Notes: generated from the sequence alone by a model not told the origin. A stretch of 64,000 nucleotides of DNA from an uncultured virus (IMG/VR IMGVR_UViG_3300013902_000010) (IMGVR_UViG_3300013902_000010:1-64000), one strand, 5' to 3'; positions 18,601 through 28,212 are shown, numbered from the stretch's first letter. Numbers and translations: made by a program.

Positions 18601-19032
18601 CTCTCGGCTACGATTGCCGCTATTATCTGTCTCTACTTCGGATATGATACCTTGCAAAAAGATATAATAATAATTCTCATCTCCTAGCTGCTTAGGATTG
18701 TCTTCTATAGTCTTACCGTAGATGTCTATCTGCTGGCTAGGGTAGGAGATGATGGCAACATCGTTATCAGATGTTCGCTTACGAGGAATGGCAGCATACA
18801 CATATCTTGCCGCTGTGTCCGGAAACTCGGAAGGGTAGGCTGCCAACTGCCAACGCTGATAATTGTGCCCTGCATCATAGCCCAGGCCTTCGATACCCTG
18901 TATATAACAGAGTATGGAGGCTCCGCTAACCGCATTGCCTTGTATGCGGTTAGGATTACCCATTGCATTGAGTTGAATGTAGAGCGCATTGCTCGCTATC
19001 CAATAATTTGTAGTCTTAGCTTCTGTTGCCAT
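15685..19032 (-). CDS. Tail protein (spike/hub-like) with a carbohydrate-binding-like insert
   Basis: 1115 aa, beta-rich. GNLLRNTSF...YVLSFKGKG jelly-roll-like segment and GEINATKGTIGGFEI repeats. Confidence 0.75.
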   Translation of the reverse strand: MATEAKTTNYWIASNALYIQLNAMGNPNRIQGNAVSGASILCYIQGIEGLGYDAGHNYQRWQLAAYPSEFPDTAARYVYAAIPRKRTSDNDVAIISYPSQQIDIYGKTIEDNPKQLGDENYYYIFLQGIISEVETDNSGNRSREWKQNFNCGSLATDEALASGGEGSWWQYNSVSDSVTFLKTILKATFDSLSAKVANITKLILGGKELNGIADENTIETSQEKVVTPQYLGQFGVKHFLAKDKDDEASGVITFLSGIKFGADKLWEITKDGIARLSALVVKGDVQVGEVDKPVSAKFGHYQADSTGAQISVKQDGTSIAEFDYITIRRAADFRSITIHELRYIGGELAITPAAMQVSKVERLDANGNVLTDDDTTEPNKYKCYFDTTDTKGEKKAYNEFMVGDQARCQQFGISEGTHEFVKTKYYWRLVVEVGEDYIVLSNVDKDPLTTSEPSVNDNIVQLGYRYDDQANRQAAIILSATSNDAPSQKYYQGINDYSLDHVVKDEGYDAALGVFHCNVYGDSYTGDKDGQGYFKYDSKTKKATFKGTMVFNSDSTLPDGSSVDEIAKKEDLHDLNIKSGNLLRNTSFCGDYESVDISEDTEISDDKEVYSEKLKYWKMDGASVIDADESTSGKVVLVNGTLSQEFAQPLLEGKDYVLSFKGKGTAVEVSVGGESHSVDMTSTFERYELHVKCANATDKVFAMSGNGCTVCEIMLSYGTIAPAWSPAYSDNDKSVSEFQNLKFLTDAMTEGSTTIDGGLVMSQQFKVGNFRDRKMVKETGGMSGYYNDDNSPFLWGGGSLEQAIYTIQKYKDDPTYQPTDDELKNMANFVVTHGGRAILNDIVLRGIIYAEGGVMKSIKSPNGNFEIDESGNTKLKGEINATKGTIGGFEINSGSIGTAVVKEKDDEGNEDIGYGKDDKMSLLNDFIVFNGKNRQAILGQWSTFGTPILMRLLDEVDDILTRYGAFISVKNKKGEACALGFGGGYTSGLALKTKGLTASNNVIDRSVNVALLMDYNCDYQLPDMYPYDDGHMVMIKRMNGGSKDNAVKVLAGKYYDAAGVEHQTYFMIDQGAKVTELGIGSISDAMILIFASGMYHNEDKKEYGCWVQFKCPRDW

Positions 19033-19083
19033 CTCGTTCTCTCGTTATCTCGTTACTTGATGTTTTATGTTTTGATTATGGTG

Positions 19084-19120
19084 CAAAGTTACAAAAAGGC
19101 TTTTTTATTGTTGGGACAAA
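19084..19120 (-). promoter_or_regulatory. Late-type promoter TTTGTCCC-N21-TAACTTTG (copy 2)
   Basis: Plus strand caaagtta 19084-19091 and gggacaaa 19113-19120. Confidence 0.75.
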
Positions 19121-19121
19121 A

Positions 19122-19160
19122 AACACCCAAGCGATTCCGCAGGTGAATCGCTTGGGTGTT
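19122..19160 (-). terminator. Intrinsic terminator
   Basis: AACACCCAAGCGATTC / GAATCGCTTGGGTGTT perfect inverted repeat with an adjacent A run. Confidence 0.85.
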
Positions 19161-19238
19161 AAAGGTAAGGATGGGCTTCTCTGATAAAGCCGACAAGCCT
19201 TTTTATAATGAGACTGTTTAGTGAATGCAAATATAAGC

Positions 19239-20294
19239 CTATAATATTGGCGAACCATAAATATCCAGTTTCGCCGTGAACGATACTGAATACATATTGG
19301 TATTAGTCCTATCCATCATCGTGATTTCTTCTTCCGATGTCAGGGTGCAGGGAATCCAGTTGCAGTTTACGTCTATCCATACATGCTCACTCATCAAGAA
19401 CTCGTGCAGGTACCAACGCAACCAAGACTTATCCAATGGGTCGGTAACAAATAGCCAGGACTCCCGGTTGTTTCTCTTGTTGATGGCAGAGCGGGAGAAA
19501 CTATTGAAGGTTTCTATCTTTGCCACCGTATATTCCTCGCTTTGGATGGATATTTTCTCGCTGTAGGAGCGTGGCACATTGATGCTCTCCAATACTCCAA
19601 AGGAATTGATGAAGCGAAAATTCATGCGATGGGTTGCCTCGCTTTGAGGAATGGCATATACTGAATGTTCGCCGATAGTTTGCAAGCCTTCCTTTGTGAT
19701 AGTCTCTATCCTGGATGCAGGCGCAACAAGGCTGCTACTTGTTGCCAGGGATTGAGCCTTGGCGTAGGCTGGAGTATAAGCATATTCATCGCCTATCACT
19801 GCCATTTCGGGCGAAGACTTCGGCTTACGAGACAGAGACGTTACATCCTTGCTTACGCCGGATGTCAATCGCTCTATATCCGAGAACGCGCCTATGATGC
19901 AGCGCAGGTTGGTTGCGCCACCTGTGCTTGCATCTGGCTTCTGCGGATAGTATTGTTCGCCTACGTTGGTATGTACTTCGCCATTACTATCCATATACTC
20001 ATCGTATGCCCTTATGTACCATTTTACCATCGGATAGGTAGCCGCTTGTGGAGTATATTCATAATCCTCCAAAGGTACGCGCAAAGCGGATGATACATCT
20101 ATCTCTACATTGTTACCTTCCTTGGTGATAGGCACATTTAGCTGGATCGTCTCATAGCTTCCATCTTTATCGTATGTTACTTCCACGATTACCCGATGAA
20201 AAGACGGATTCTTATATTGCTCTGGCTGTATGGTGAACGTGATAGGGTTGCCGGCAAGGATGGAACCCGACGTTAGATTGATTTTCTTTGCCAT
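19239..20294 (-). CDS. Hypothetical tail/baseplate-region protein
   Basis: 351-aa ORF with a C-terminal FRFINSFGVLE...EFLMSEHVW motif seen in Bacteroidota phage tail genes. Confidence 0.65.
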   Translation of the reverse strand: MAKKINLTSGSILAGNPITFTIQPEQYKNPSFHRVIVEVTYDKDGSYETIQLNVPITKEGNNVEIDVSSALRVPLEDYEYTPQAATYPMVKWYIRAYDEYMDSNGEVHTNVGEQYYPQKPDASTGGATNLRCIIGAFSDIERLTSGVSKDVTSLSRKPKSSPEMAVIGDEYAYTPAYAKAQSLATSSSLVAPASRIETITKEGLQTIGEHSVYAIPQSEATHRMNFRFINSFGVLESINVPRSYSEKISIQSEEYTVAKIETFNSFSRSAINKRNNRESWLFVTDPLDKSWLRWYLHEFLMSEHVWIDVNCNWIPCTLTSEEEITMMDRTNTNMYSVSFTAKLDIYGSPIL

Positions 20295-20325
20295 ATTGTT
20301 TTATGTATTATTGATTTATACTTCT

Positions 20326-20372
20326 CAAATCTCTTTGCTCGCTTTATAAATAAGGTGAGCAAAGGAGATTTG
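20326..20372. terminator. Long hairpin downstream of the ACP gene
   Basis: CAAATCTCTTTGCTC / GAGCAAAGGAGATTTG, near-perfect with one bulge. Confidence 0.6.
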
Positions 20373-20410
20373 TCTTTTATATATTTCTATCTAGGCAACA
20401 AACTCTTGTG

Positions 20411-20668
20411 CTACTTTCCGTTCTCGTCAACCTTTCGCTCCACAAGACCGATGAAGTCGGAAACCAACTTGCAAGACGATGCCTCTTCGGGAGTAATCTT
20501 GATATTAAACATCGTTTCCGTCTGAAGGATCATATCAAGAAAATCAATGGATTCCAACCCGATGTCCTCTCGTAGGTTGGAATTATCATCTACTTCCATA
20601 TCATTCAGTGGAGATTTCAAGCCATCAATAATGGTATGAAGCCGCTTCTTAATTTCTTCTTTTTCCAT
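20411..20668 (-). CDS. acpP: Acyl carrier protein
   Basis: 85 aa, acidic. DIGLESIDFLDMI carries the phosphopantetheine Ser (variant of the DSLD motif), followed by FNIKI. Confidence 0.9.
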   Translation of the reverse strand: MEKEEIKKRLHTIIDGLKSPLNDMEVDDNSNLREDIGLESIDFLDMILQTETMFNIKITPEEASSCKLVSDFIGLVERKVDENGK

Positions 20669-20673
20669 ATTGC

Positions 20674-21897
20674 TTATAATTTATTGTTATCGAATTTGGA
20701 GATAATGAAAGATGAATTGGTACCGCCGAAGCCAAAGGCATTGCAGAGAATGTTGTGCGGTTGATAATTCATTGTCTTCATCACGAGGTTTAGCTTAGGG
20801 AAAGCATTTTTTTCGGTGCCAACGCACCCAGGAAGGGATGCTTTATTCAATATGAGGGCGGCTTGCACGGCTTGCGATACGCCAGCCATCCAGCACTCGT
20901 GTCCGGTCATACCTTTTGTGGCAACCACTTTTGGACACATACCGAAAGTATCGCCAATGGCAGTCGCTTCTGCTTCATCACCCATGGTAGTGCCAGTAGC
21001 ATGGGCGAGAATCACATCTATCAAACCTTCGTCGATACCAGCATCATCCATCGCCTTAATCATGGAAACGGATTCTTGGTAGGCGAGGGGAGTACTGATA
21101 GCTGTGCCATTCGATGAGAAGCCATAGCCCGATAATATCGCCCATGGTTGGAGTTTCTTTGCTCGTAGATGAAAGTTGTGTTCCGGTTCCAATATCACAC
21201 AAGCTGCGCCACCCGAAGGAGCAAGACCTGTGCGTCCTTTCCCGAAAGGCTGCACCTTGGTATCGGTAAAGACACCCAGCGCGTCAAAAGACTGCATGGA
21301 AGCCACGCCATCCTCTTGTGCTCCTACTACTATCACCATTTCCGTTTGCTTGGTATCAAGAAGCATCTTACCTAAGCCCAAGGCATGGCCGCCGCCAGCG
21401 CAAGCCGCACTCACGGTAAGCGACAAGCCATGTATGCCAAGCAAGGATGCAAGGTTCATACTGACCGTAGAATTAAGAGAGCGAAAAACTGCGCCTGCGC
21501 CCAAATAACGAGTATCATTCTTTTGCTGCATAGTAGTGCCCGTGCGCATCATCTCGCCAGCCGTAGAGTCGTTGCTTACGATGAGCGATACATGGTGCTC
21601 GGATAAGAAATCATCCGATATGCAAGCTTGGTGCAAGGCTTGCTTTACTGCGCTAAGTGCATAAAACGTAGGTCGGGAGAAACATTGATATTGCGCTCTT
21701 GTGAGACTCGTTATCAAGTCTTCAGGCACTGATGGTACCGCACCGCACAAATCCGATTGATAGCCCTTTGCCTTTCGCTCGCTATCATGATGTAAGCCGC
21801 ACTTGCCATCGTGCAAGGCTTTGGCGAATGACGGAATATCACTGCCCAGGCAAGAGTGGATGCCCAAGCCAGTGATGTAAATATTTTCTTTGTTCAT
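20674..21897 (-). CDS. Beta-ketoacyl-ACP synthase (FabB/FabF family)
   Basis: IYITGLG N-terminus, catalytic Cys in VSAACAGG, His in AHATGT, His in KGMTGHECWMAG, and C-terminal NAFGFGGTN. Confidence 0.95.
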   Translation of the reverse strand: MNKENIYITGLGIHSCLGSDIPSFAKALHDGKCGLHHDSERKAKGYQSDLCGAVPSVPEDLITSLTRAQYQCFSRPTFYALSAVKQALHQACISDDFLSEHHVSLIVSNDSTAGEMMRTGTTMQQKNDTRYLGAGAVFRSLNSTVSMNLASLLGIHGLSLTVSAACAGGGHALGLGKMLLDTKQTEMVIVVGAQEDGVASMQSFDALGVFTDTKVQPFGKGRTGLAPSGGAACVILEPEHNFHLRAKKLQPWAILSGYGFSSNGTAISTPLAYQESVSMIKAMDDAGIDEGLIDVILAHATGTTMGDEAEATAIGDTFGMCPKVVATKGMTGHECWMAGVSQAVQAALILNKASLPGCVGTEKNAFPKLNLVMKTMNYQPHNILCNAFGFGGTNSSFIISKFDNNKL

Positions 21898-21960
21898 AGT
21901 TTTTTGTTTTTATATCATTTAGACGTTCTGTAAATCTACCTTTATATTAAGACATAGATA

Positions 21961-24762
21961 TTACAAGGCATAGACGGTAAGCTCTACCTCACCAAGACCC
22001 GTCTCTGCGCTGATGGTCGTATTCACCTTGTCGATGATGCACTTGATACCTCCGATGTTCCACCACTCCTTCCAATGGTTAGGAATATCGGCTACCTGCG
22101 CCACGGTAGTGGAGCAACGTATCTTGTATTTCTTGCGATTGAGCAAGAAATAGGCGTATGGCAAGATGAATGTGTCAAACAAGCCACGAGACTTGATTTT
22201 GGTTACTACGTTGCCGTTATCATCTACCTCGTCGGGGTCGCAAAGAACCACGTCTTTGTATTTCGGGTCTTTCAGCCAAGACGGCTCCTTATAGGCTCGT
22301 ATCTTTAGAGAGAATCGTTCGCCATTACCCAAGCCTTCCTGCACACCATTATAGTCGAAGAGGTTGCCCATCATGTCGATGGAATCACAAGCAAGGGCAT
22401 ACTTGCCTACTGCTGTGCGCCACTTAGAAGTACCGAAACCATCATAATTGTAATCATAGTTCTGCACGGTAGCATCGCTGCCACCGCCTCGCATCATAGC
22501 AAGCGCAAAGCCCCAACGGGAATCGTCTTGTAATGGTGAGTTACCGTCGTCTGTGCCCGACGGATCATAACTTTCTACCAACTTTAAAGATTGCTGCATA
22601 TAGAAATCGCAGAATGCAGTGGATATAGTTTGGTTGATGATTTGCTCAACAAACTCATGCTTCATATCCTCATCCACATAAGCGCAAAGAATAGGCTGTC
22701 CACTCTCGATGGTAACACCATACTTTTTGCCAGAAGTGGTATCTACCGCCTCATGCGAACCATAGGCAGATTCTATCTCTTTGAAATAATTCACGTCATT
22801 AAAAGGTACAGGAGTAAAGTCAATACTAATATCCTGAATGAAATCTTCATTCTCTTCACTGCAATCACCGTATTCCACACCTTTATACTGACCTACCTCG
22901 AAAAGAACTGGTTTCAAATCTGATGTTGTTGTAGCATCGCTATTTACCTTAACACGGTAGGCATTGCCTGTCTTTCGGTCGATATAACAATGCTTGTCGC
23001 CACTGCTTAAATTATGGAAGAAATCAACATAGTCCATGTTATAGACCGTAGAATTATCTCCACTATCAGGCTCAGGATAGTCGATATAATTGTAGTCGGT
23101 TTCATAATTCATGTTCTTATTCTTGCGACTATCCTTAACATTCTGCTTTTGGTCTTTCGAGTCGCTCTCCTCGGAATATCTCATCCTTACGCCTGTAATC
23201 TTTTCGGTCATAGGTACGATGGAGTGAATATTGCCATGGAAATTTCTTGCTTCTTGCCCACTTTTGCGTAGAACATCACGAACGAGATAAGCGGTTACTT
23301 TCTTCTGCTCGTAGTCGTAGGAAAACTTGATTCCAAAGGCACTCTCAAGCGAACTAATCACAGTGCTCACAGTCTCATCGGGGAAATTGTCGCTATTAGC
23401 CACCATATAAAGCACATTTGCCTGAACAGAAAATTTCTCTATCTGTGCTTCGATGGAAATACCTGTAACCTTTCCTCCATCTTCGGTAGCCTCGCCTACT
23501 TGCACATGCTCTGACGTACCATCTGGCTTCCTTAAAGTCAGTTCCTGGGTATCTTTGTCTTCTGCCTTAACGATGTTAATCTGACCTCCACAGCCACGAG
23601 AATTTAACCAGCTATTGATATGCTCTTGTGATTGGAAATATCCAGTCTTGATTTCTCCTGCCTTTTTCTTTTTGGCTATTACTTCTTCATCCTCGTCGGT
23701 GTAATAGGTACCATGATGAGGGTGCTGCATGGTATCATAAGAACAAACGGTAGTAAAGAAACAAAGATGCTTAAAGTCCTCGATTTCCAACAAAGCTGAT
23801 TTATCAAACGACACACCTAAGTAATCAAAAAGACAGTCCAGAAAATAAAGTACGTAAAAACATATACCAGATTGAGGACGGTCCGCATCCAATACCCAAT
23901 AAGGATAAAGATCTTCATTAGTCCAAGAACAATCTTTGATAGCTATCACATCGCTGGATGTCTGTCCATCATCATCAAGACCATGATGTTTATAACAGAC
24001 GCGGGCATTGCAATAAGTTGCTGCACGACCTGCCGCATCCGTTTCTCCGTATGAAGCAGAAACGTTGATGTAATTGCCGTTATTTATTTTTTTAGGCACA
24101 TTTACCGATATATCTTTTCCGTAAGATTTAGATGTCGCCTGGTAAGCGTCCGCTTTATAATGATCCGTTGAAGTCGTAGTATATTCTGCGCAAGTTGCTG
24201 GATAAGAAAACCCAAGGGCTTGTGGCTCTAATACCTTACTTACACTAACATGGGCAGCCTGTATCTTTCTTGTCTCATTCTTATCGCTCTTATGCTTTCC
24301 ACCCTCTATGAACACATTCACCTTAACCACAGGGTCACTCTCAATATCCACCCTTACATTGCCTATCTTTTCGCCAATAATAATAGTGTCCTTCACAGGA
24401 ATATCACGGCAATTCAGAGAACCGATAAGGTCGCTGAACGACTGGGTGCTGGCATCAATATTCATCGAGAGAGAATCCTTGATTTCCTCATCGTCCTGCA
24501 TCACGAGGGTACCACTGCGAAATGGCAATCCGTCGGCATAAATCTTGGTTGGCTTATGCTCCATGTTGACCGCACGGATAGATGCACGTGGGTCCTCGAT
24601 ATTCTTCAGTAACCACCGGTTGCCATTGAGTGGTAAGGTAAATGGATAGGAAAACATCTCGGTATCATTGAACACAGGATTCTGATCCTCGATGTCGATG
24701 GAGAAATCAGAAGACTGCGCCGCAGGTTTATCGTCGATAAGTATGGTAAGATGTGATTTCAT
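21961..24762 (-). CDS. Large tail/baseplate-region protein
   Basis: 933 aa. The N-terminal SIDIEDQNPVF...FSYPFTLP motif is common in Bacteroidota phage tail genes. Confidence 0.65.
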   Translation of the reverse strand: MKSHLTILIDDKPAAQSSDFSIDIEDQNPVFNDTEMFSYPFTLPLNGNRWLLKNIEDPRASIRAVNMEHKPTKIYADGLPFRSGTLVMQDDEEIKDSLSMNIDASTQSFSDLIGSLNCRDIPVKDTIIIGEKIGNVRVDIESDPVVKVNVFIEGGKHKSDKNETRKIQAAHVSVSKVLEPQALGFSYPATCAEYTTTSTDHYKADAYQATSKSYGKDISVNVPKKINNGNYINVSASYGETDAAGRAATYCNARVCYKHHGLDDDGQTSSDVIAIKDCSWTNEDLYPYWVLDADRPQSGICFYVLYFLDCLFDYLGVSFDKSALLEIEDFKHLCFFTTVCSYDTMQHPHHGTYYTDEDEEVIAKKKKAGEIKTGYFQSQEHINSWLNSRGCGGQINIVKAEDKDTQELTLRKPDGTSEHVQVGEATEDGGKVTGISIEAQIEKFSVQANVLYMVANSDNFPDETVSTVISSLESAFGIKFSYDYEQKKVTAYLVRDVLRKSGQEARNFHGNIHSIVPMTEKITGVRMRYSEESDSKDQKQNVKDSRKNKNMNYETDYNYIDYPEPDSGDNSTVYNMDYVDFFHNLSSGDKHCYIDRKTGNAYRVKVNSDATTTSDLKPVLFEVGQYKGVEYGDCSEENEDFIQDISIDFTPVPFNDVNYFKEIESAYGSHEAVDTTSGKKYGVTIESGQPILCAYVDEDMKHEFVEQIINQTISTAFCDFYMQQSLKLVESYDPSGTDDGNSPLQDDSRWGFALAMMRGGGSDATVQNYDYNYDGFGTSKWRTAVGKYALACDSIDMMGNLFDYNGVQEGLGNGERFSLKIRAYKEPSWLKDPKYKDVVLCDPDEVDDNGNVVTKIKSRGLFDTFILPYAYFLLNRKKYKIRCSTTVAQVADIPNHWKEWWNIGGIKCIIDKVNTTISAETGLGEVELTVYAL

Positions 24763-24783
24763 TTGAGTCTAAAACTTAAAGAG

Positions 24784-25428
24784 TTATTTCTTGATATTCA
24801 ACTTCGCTTCGTCGTACAATGTGATAAGGCGAGATGTGAAGCTATTGATGGTCGCCTTGCCGTAAGCATAGATGGCATTATGCCCTCGGTCGCGCAAGGT
24901 ACCATTCGTGATACGTACCACGGCGTGCTCGCTGCATTCTGCATCGCTGCCAGTAGTGAGTTGGGAGTAACCTTTGGCGATGGCATACCCATCCTTGATG
25001 GTGGCTCGGCTGTTGTCGAGTAATTCTATTTTGCAATCAGGATTCATCGCCAAGGCAGATGCTTGTAGGTGCAATACCACATGAGCCTGGCCCAGCACAT
25101 AGGCTGTATGAGCGAACGAAAGATGAATAGGTTCGTCGCTATCACCCACCAACACGTAGCCTGTTCGAGAATCCTCATTGTAGAAGATGCCAGCCGCATT
25201 GATTTCTGCCTTGAAGTCGGGATAGAAATCCTTGAAGGCTTGCACTACCTGTTGTGGTACCTCGGTTATCATGCCATGCCAATACTTGTGCCAGGTATCG
25301 CACATATCCTTGATGCTCGAAACCTTGCCAAAGTCTCGCTGCGAGTCTTGGCAGTTGCCGCTCTGGGCAAGGATGCTAATACAAAGCTGCTTGAAGCGAA
25401 GAGCCTTTTCTTCTTTCGTCTCGGTCAT
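24784..25428 (-). CDS. Hypothetical protein with beta-helix-like C-terminal repeats
   Basis: 214-aa ORF in the late operon. Confidence 0.65.
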   Translation of the reverse strand: MTETKEEKALRFKQLCISILAQSGNCQDSQRDFGKVSSIKDMCDTWHKYWHGMITEVPQQVVQAFKDFYPDFKAEINAAGIFYNEDSRTGYVLVGDSDEPIHLSFAHTAYVLGQAHVVLHLQASALAMNPDCKIELLDNSRATIKDGYAIAKGYSQLTTGSDAECSEHAVVRITNGTLRDRGHNAIYAYGKATINSFTSRLITLYDEAKLNIKK

Positions 25429-25445
25429 ATTCTTGTAAAAATAGC

Positions 25446-26606
25446 TTATACTTTTTCTTTCTTAACTGGCTGCGCAGGCGCATCTGAAGATGTACCTACC
25501 TCGGCTTCCTCAATCGTCTTGGTAAGGATAGCTTCATATCCCGCCAACTCATCCTCACTTACGATGTCGGAATATTTCTGTCTAAGCTGGTCGATGCGCT
25601 CCTTGATACCCTTCACTCTCGTTTGAGAAGATGGCTTATCCTTGCGCATGATGTACTTGATAAGAGCATCGGCTTCTGCCTTGTGCTTGGCTTCGGCATC
25701 GCGCTTTGCCTTAACCTCTGGTCGGTCGTTGGCTATCTTTTCGGCGATGGCATCCGCAAAACGAGGGTCTCTGCTCTGCGCCTTCTCGAAGAAAGGCTTG
25801 AATTGGGTACGAAGTTCCTGCGGCTCTACGGTAAAGGTTTTCTTTACGTAGTTAATGTATTCTGGGTCGCCAGTCTTCTCGCTCAAGCGAAGGTAGCATT
25901 CTCCCATCTCTCTATCCACATCGGTATAGATGGAAGGCAAGATGTTGCTCTCTATCTCGGTGGCACGAGTCGCGAGTTCTGCGATTTCATCCTCTGTATA
26001 GATAGCCTCCTTACCCTGAGAGATAGCTTTCTCGTTTGCCTCTGCCATGGTCTTAGCCTGCTCTGCCTTGCTTGCCATTTCGTTACGAAGGTCACGCACG
26101 GTGTTGATGCGCTCTTGTAGGGCTGGGGTAAGGAACGGACGGATTTGCATCAAGTTAGGCATGGTGGCAGCGATACTGTCTCCGTTAGGGTTAGCCACGA
26201 TACCATTATAGGTGAGCTGTTGGACGGATGTGTCCGGCTTCAGCTCTGGGAAGATGGATTGTTTTGCCTCTTCCAAGGCTTTCTGTTTCTGCTGCTCGAT
26301 ATAGGCAGCCTGCTCCTCCTTGGTAGGTCTGCCCACACGTCGCTTATCGCTACCATTACTTGCAGATGAGCCTGTGCCGCCAGTGAGGTCGGTGGTTTGC
26401 AAGTAAGTTACCATCTGACGAACACGGCGATGATAATCTCTGAATCGGCGAGCATCCTTTACGAAGGAGTTTGCCTTGGTGGTACCATTCAGGAGATTAA
26501 GACCTTGCTCGAATGCTTCTCGCTGTTCTGAAGTAAGCATTCTCGCTCCTATTGCAGGGGCAAGAATCTGAACGATTTGTTCGGCTGATAAAATGTTATT
26601 TTCCAT
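25446..26606 (-). CDS. Hypothetical helical protein
   Basis: 386-aa ORF containing an RRVGRPTK AT-hook-like motif. Confidence 0.7.
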   Translation of the reverse strand: MENNILSAEQIVQILAPAIGARMLTSEQREAFEQGLNLLNGTTKANSFVKDARRFRDYHRRVRQMVTYLQTTDLTGGTGSSASNGSDKRRVGRPTKEEQAAYIEQQKQKALEEAKQSIFPELKPDTSVQQLTYNGIVANPNGDSIAATMPNLMQIRPFLTPALQERINTVRDLRNEMASKAEQAKTMAEANEKAISQGKEAIYTEDEIAELATRATEIESNILPSIYTDVDREMGECYLRLSEKTGDPEYINYVKKTFTVEPQELRTQFKPFFEKAQSRDPRFADAIAEKIANDRPEVKAKRDAEAKHKAEADALIKYIMRKDKPSSQTRVKGIKERIDQLRQKYSDIVSEDELAGYEAILTKTIEEAEVGTSSDAPAQPVKKEKV

Positions 26607-26901
26607 AAATCCTTTTATTTTTTTTTGCTTATTTGAAATTTAAAGATAATATTTACCCGATTTCGGCTTGATTTCCGATTAATGGCAGATAAAGCGGTTT
26701 TGAATACGCCCAAAACGACATTAAATCGAAAACAAGCCTTTTTCGCTACGTGCATTTTTACGAAACCTATGAGTATTCATACAAAATGCAATGCGGACAT
26801 TTATAATCCGTAGCTCTTAGGGCGGGTACCTTACCCCCCCAATTTTGCCACTCCTTTCGGTGGCTTATGGGGTGTACCGATGCCGAGAATTTAATCATAC
26901 A

Positions 26902-28152
26902 TCAGCACAGGATAGGGGTTACGAATATTCGGGAGCCAGCTTGGTTGTTCTGATAGCCCTCGTTGCCATTATCGCCCGATGATGAACCAGGCGATGAAGC
27001 CGACGATGAACTACAGGAGGAGTTACTCGTCGATGCGGAAGAGCCGCTTGCTCCAGAGTTGTTTCCAGTGTTGGTACCATCGCTTCCGCCGTTGGCTGCA
27101 TCGAGTGCAGCTTGCTTCTCGACTTCCTCTTTCTTTAGTAAGCGATGAATGCTTTCCCTTACGGTAATGGCATCATTGTGGGCAGTAGAACGAGCCAGCT
27201 TATCGAAATTGATAACCGACGTTCTTTCTTTGAGATATGCGGCTATGAGTTGACGGGCTTTCTTCAGAAGCTTATCGTCTTCGCTTGCTTGCAGAAGGCG
27301 AGGGATGAAGTCTTCGCCAAATGCCTCTTCCAGATATTCGCTCTGGATGAATCGCATATCGGGAATCAAGCGAACAAACTTGTCTCGATTGTCGTAAATA
27401 TCGAGGTACGGCTGCAAGCTCTCGCAGGTAGGGAAGAGCAAGTCTGAATGATAATAATAGTACTTGCTTTCTTCCCACAGTAAGACTATCTCGCCGATGG
27501 CTTGCAGTTTATCCGCCTCGGTTTCATCAGAAGAACCAGTGTTATCGGAAGAACCTGTATCATCAGATGAGCCAGTGTTATCCGAAGAGCCAGCGTTATC
27601 GGAAGAACCTGCGCTATCAGATGTTTCTGTATCACCAGATGCGCTATCACTTAAAGATGTGTTATCGCCCGATAAGGTATCAATCTCCATTGGGGTATTG
27701 ATTTTCTTTGCCCATCCCTCCAAGAGAGATAGCAAGTTATTGAGAGAAATCATCGCAGTCTCGCGATAACTTTCCTTGCCCTGGGCTATCTGCTTATCGG
27801 TTGCCACAGAATAGTCGTTACTCGAAGCCACATTGATGCCAGTGCCATTCATCGAAAGAAGTTGCTTTTCGATGTTTTTCGCCATCGCATCGTTTACGAT
27901 CATGCGCTGGGCATACAGTAAGACCTCGTTCCATGGGTTTTTGTCATAATCGCCGTTGATAACAGCGTCGCAAAAATCAGATGGCTCTATGCCTCTGTAA
28001 TATTCGCACAAGCGATTGTAGAGCGATTCACCCAAGCGAGGCTTCAAGAAATCTTTTTCACTATTATCGAGCATACCCTGCAAGTTAGCCACCTCGTCCA
28101 CAGCGTTGCTGGGGAGGTGAAGCCGAAGTTCTTGATTTGTGAAGAGTATCAT
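26902..28152 (-). CDS. DUF6712-like head/neck-associated protein with Ser/Gly/Asp insertions
   Basis: Follows the portal. N-terminal ...EKDFLKPRLGESLY... and SSDNTG-type hexapeptide repeats at about 27531-27620. Confidence 0.65.
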   Translation of the reverse strand: MILFTNQELRLHLPSNAVDEVANLQGMLDNSEKDFLKPRLGESLYNRLCEYYRGIEPSDFCDAVINGDYDKNPWNEVLLYAQRMIVNDAMAKNIEKQLLSMNGTGINVASSNDYSVATDKQIAQGKESYRETAMISLNNLLSLLEGWAKKINTPMEIDTLSGDNTSLSDSASGDTETSDSAGSSDNAGSSDNTGSSDDTGSSDNTGSSDETEADKLQAIGEIVLLWEESKYYYYHSDLLFPTCESLQPYLDIYDNRDKFVRLIPDMRFIQSEYLEEAFGEDFIPRLLQASEDDKLLKKARQLIAAYLKERTSVINFDKLARSTAHNDAITVRESIHRLLKKEEVEKQAALDAANGGSDGTNTGNNSGASGSSASTSNSSCSSSSASSPGSSSGDNGNEGYQNNQAGSRIFVTPILC

Positions 28153-28212
28153 ATCTTTTTATATTTTTGTTCTTTGAAACATTATATAGTATTGCCATAC
28201 CATCCATATAGG

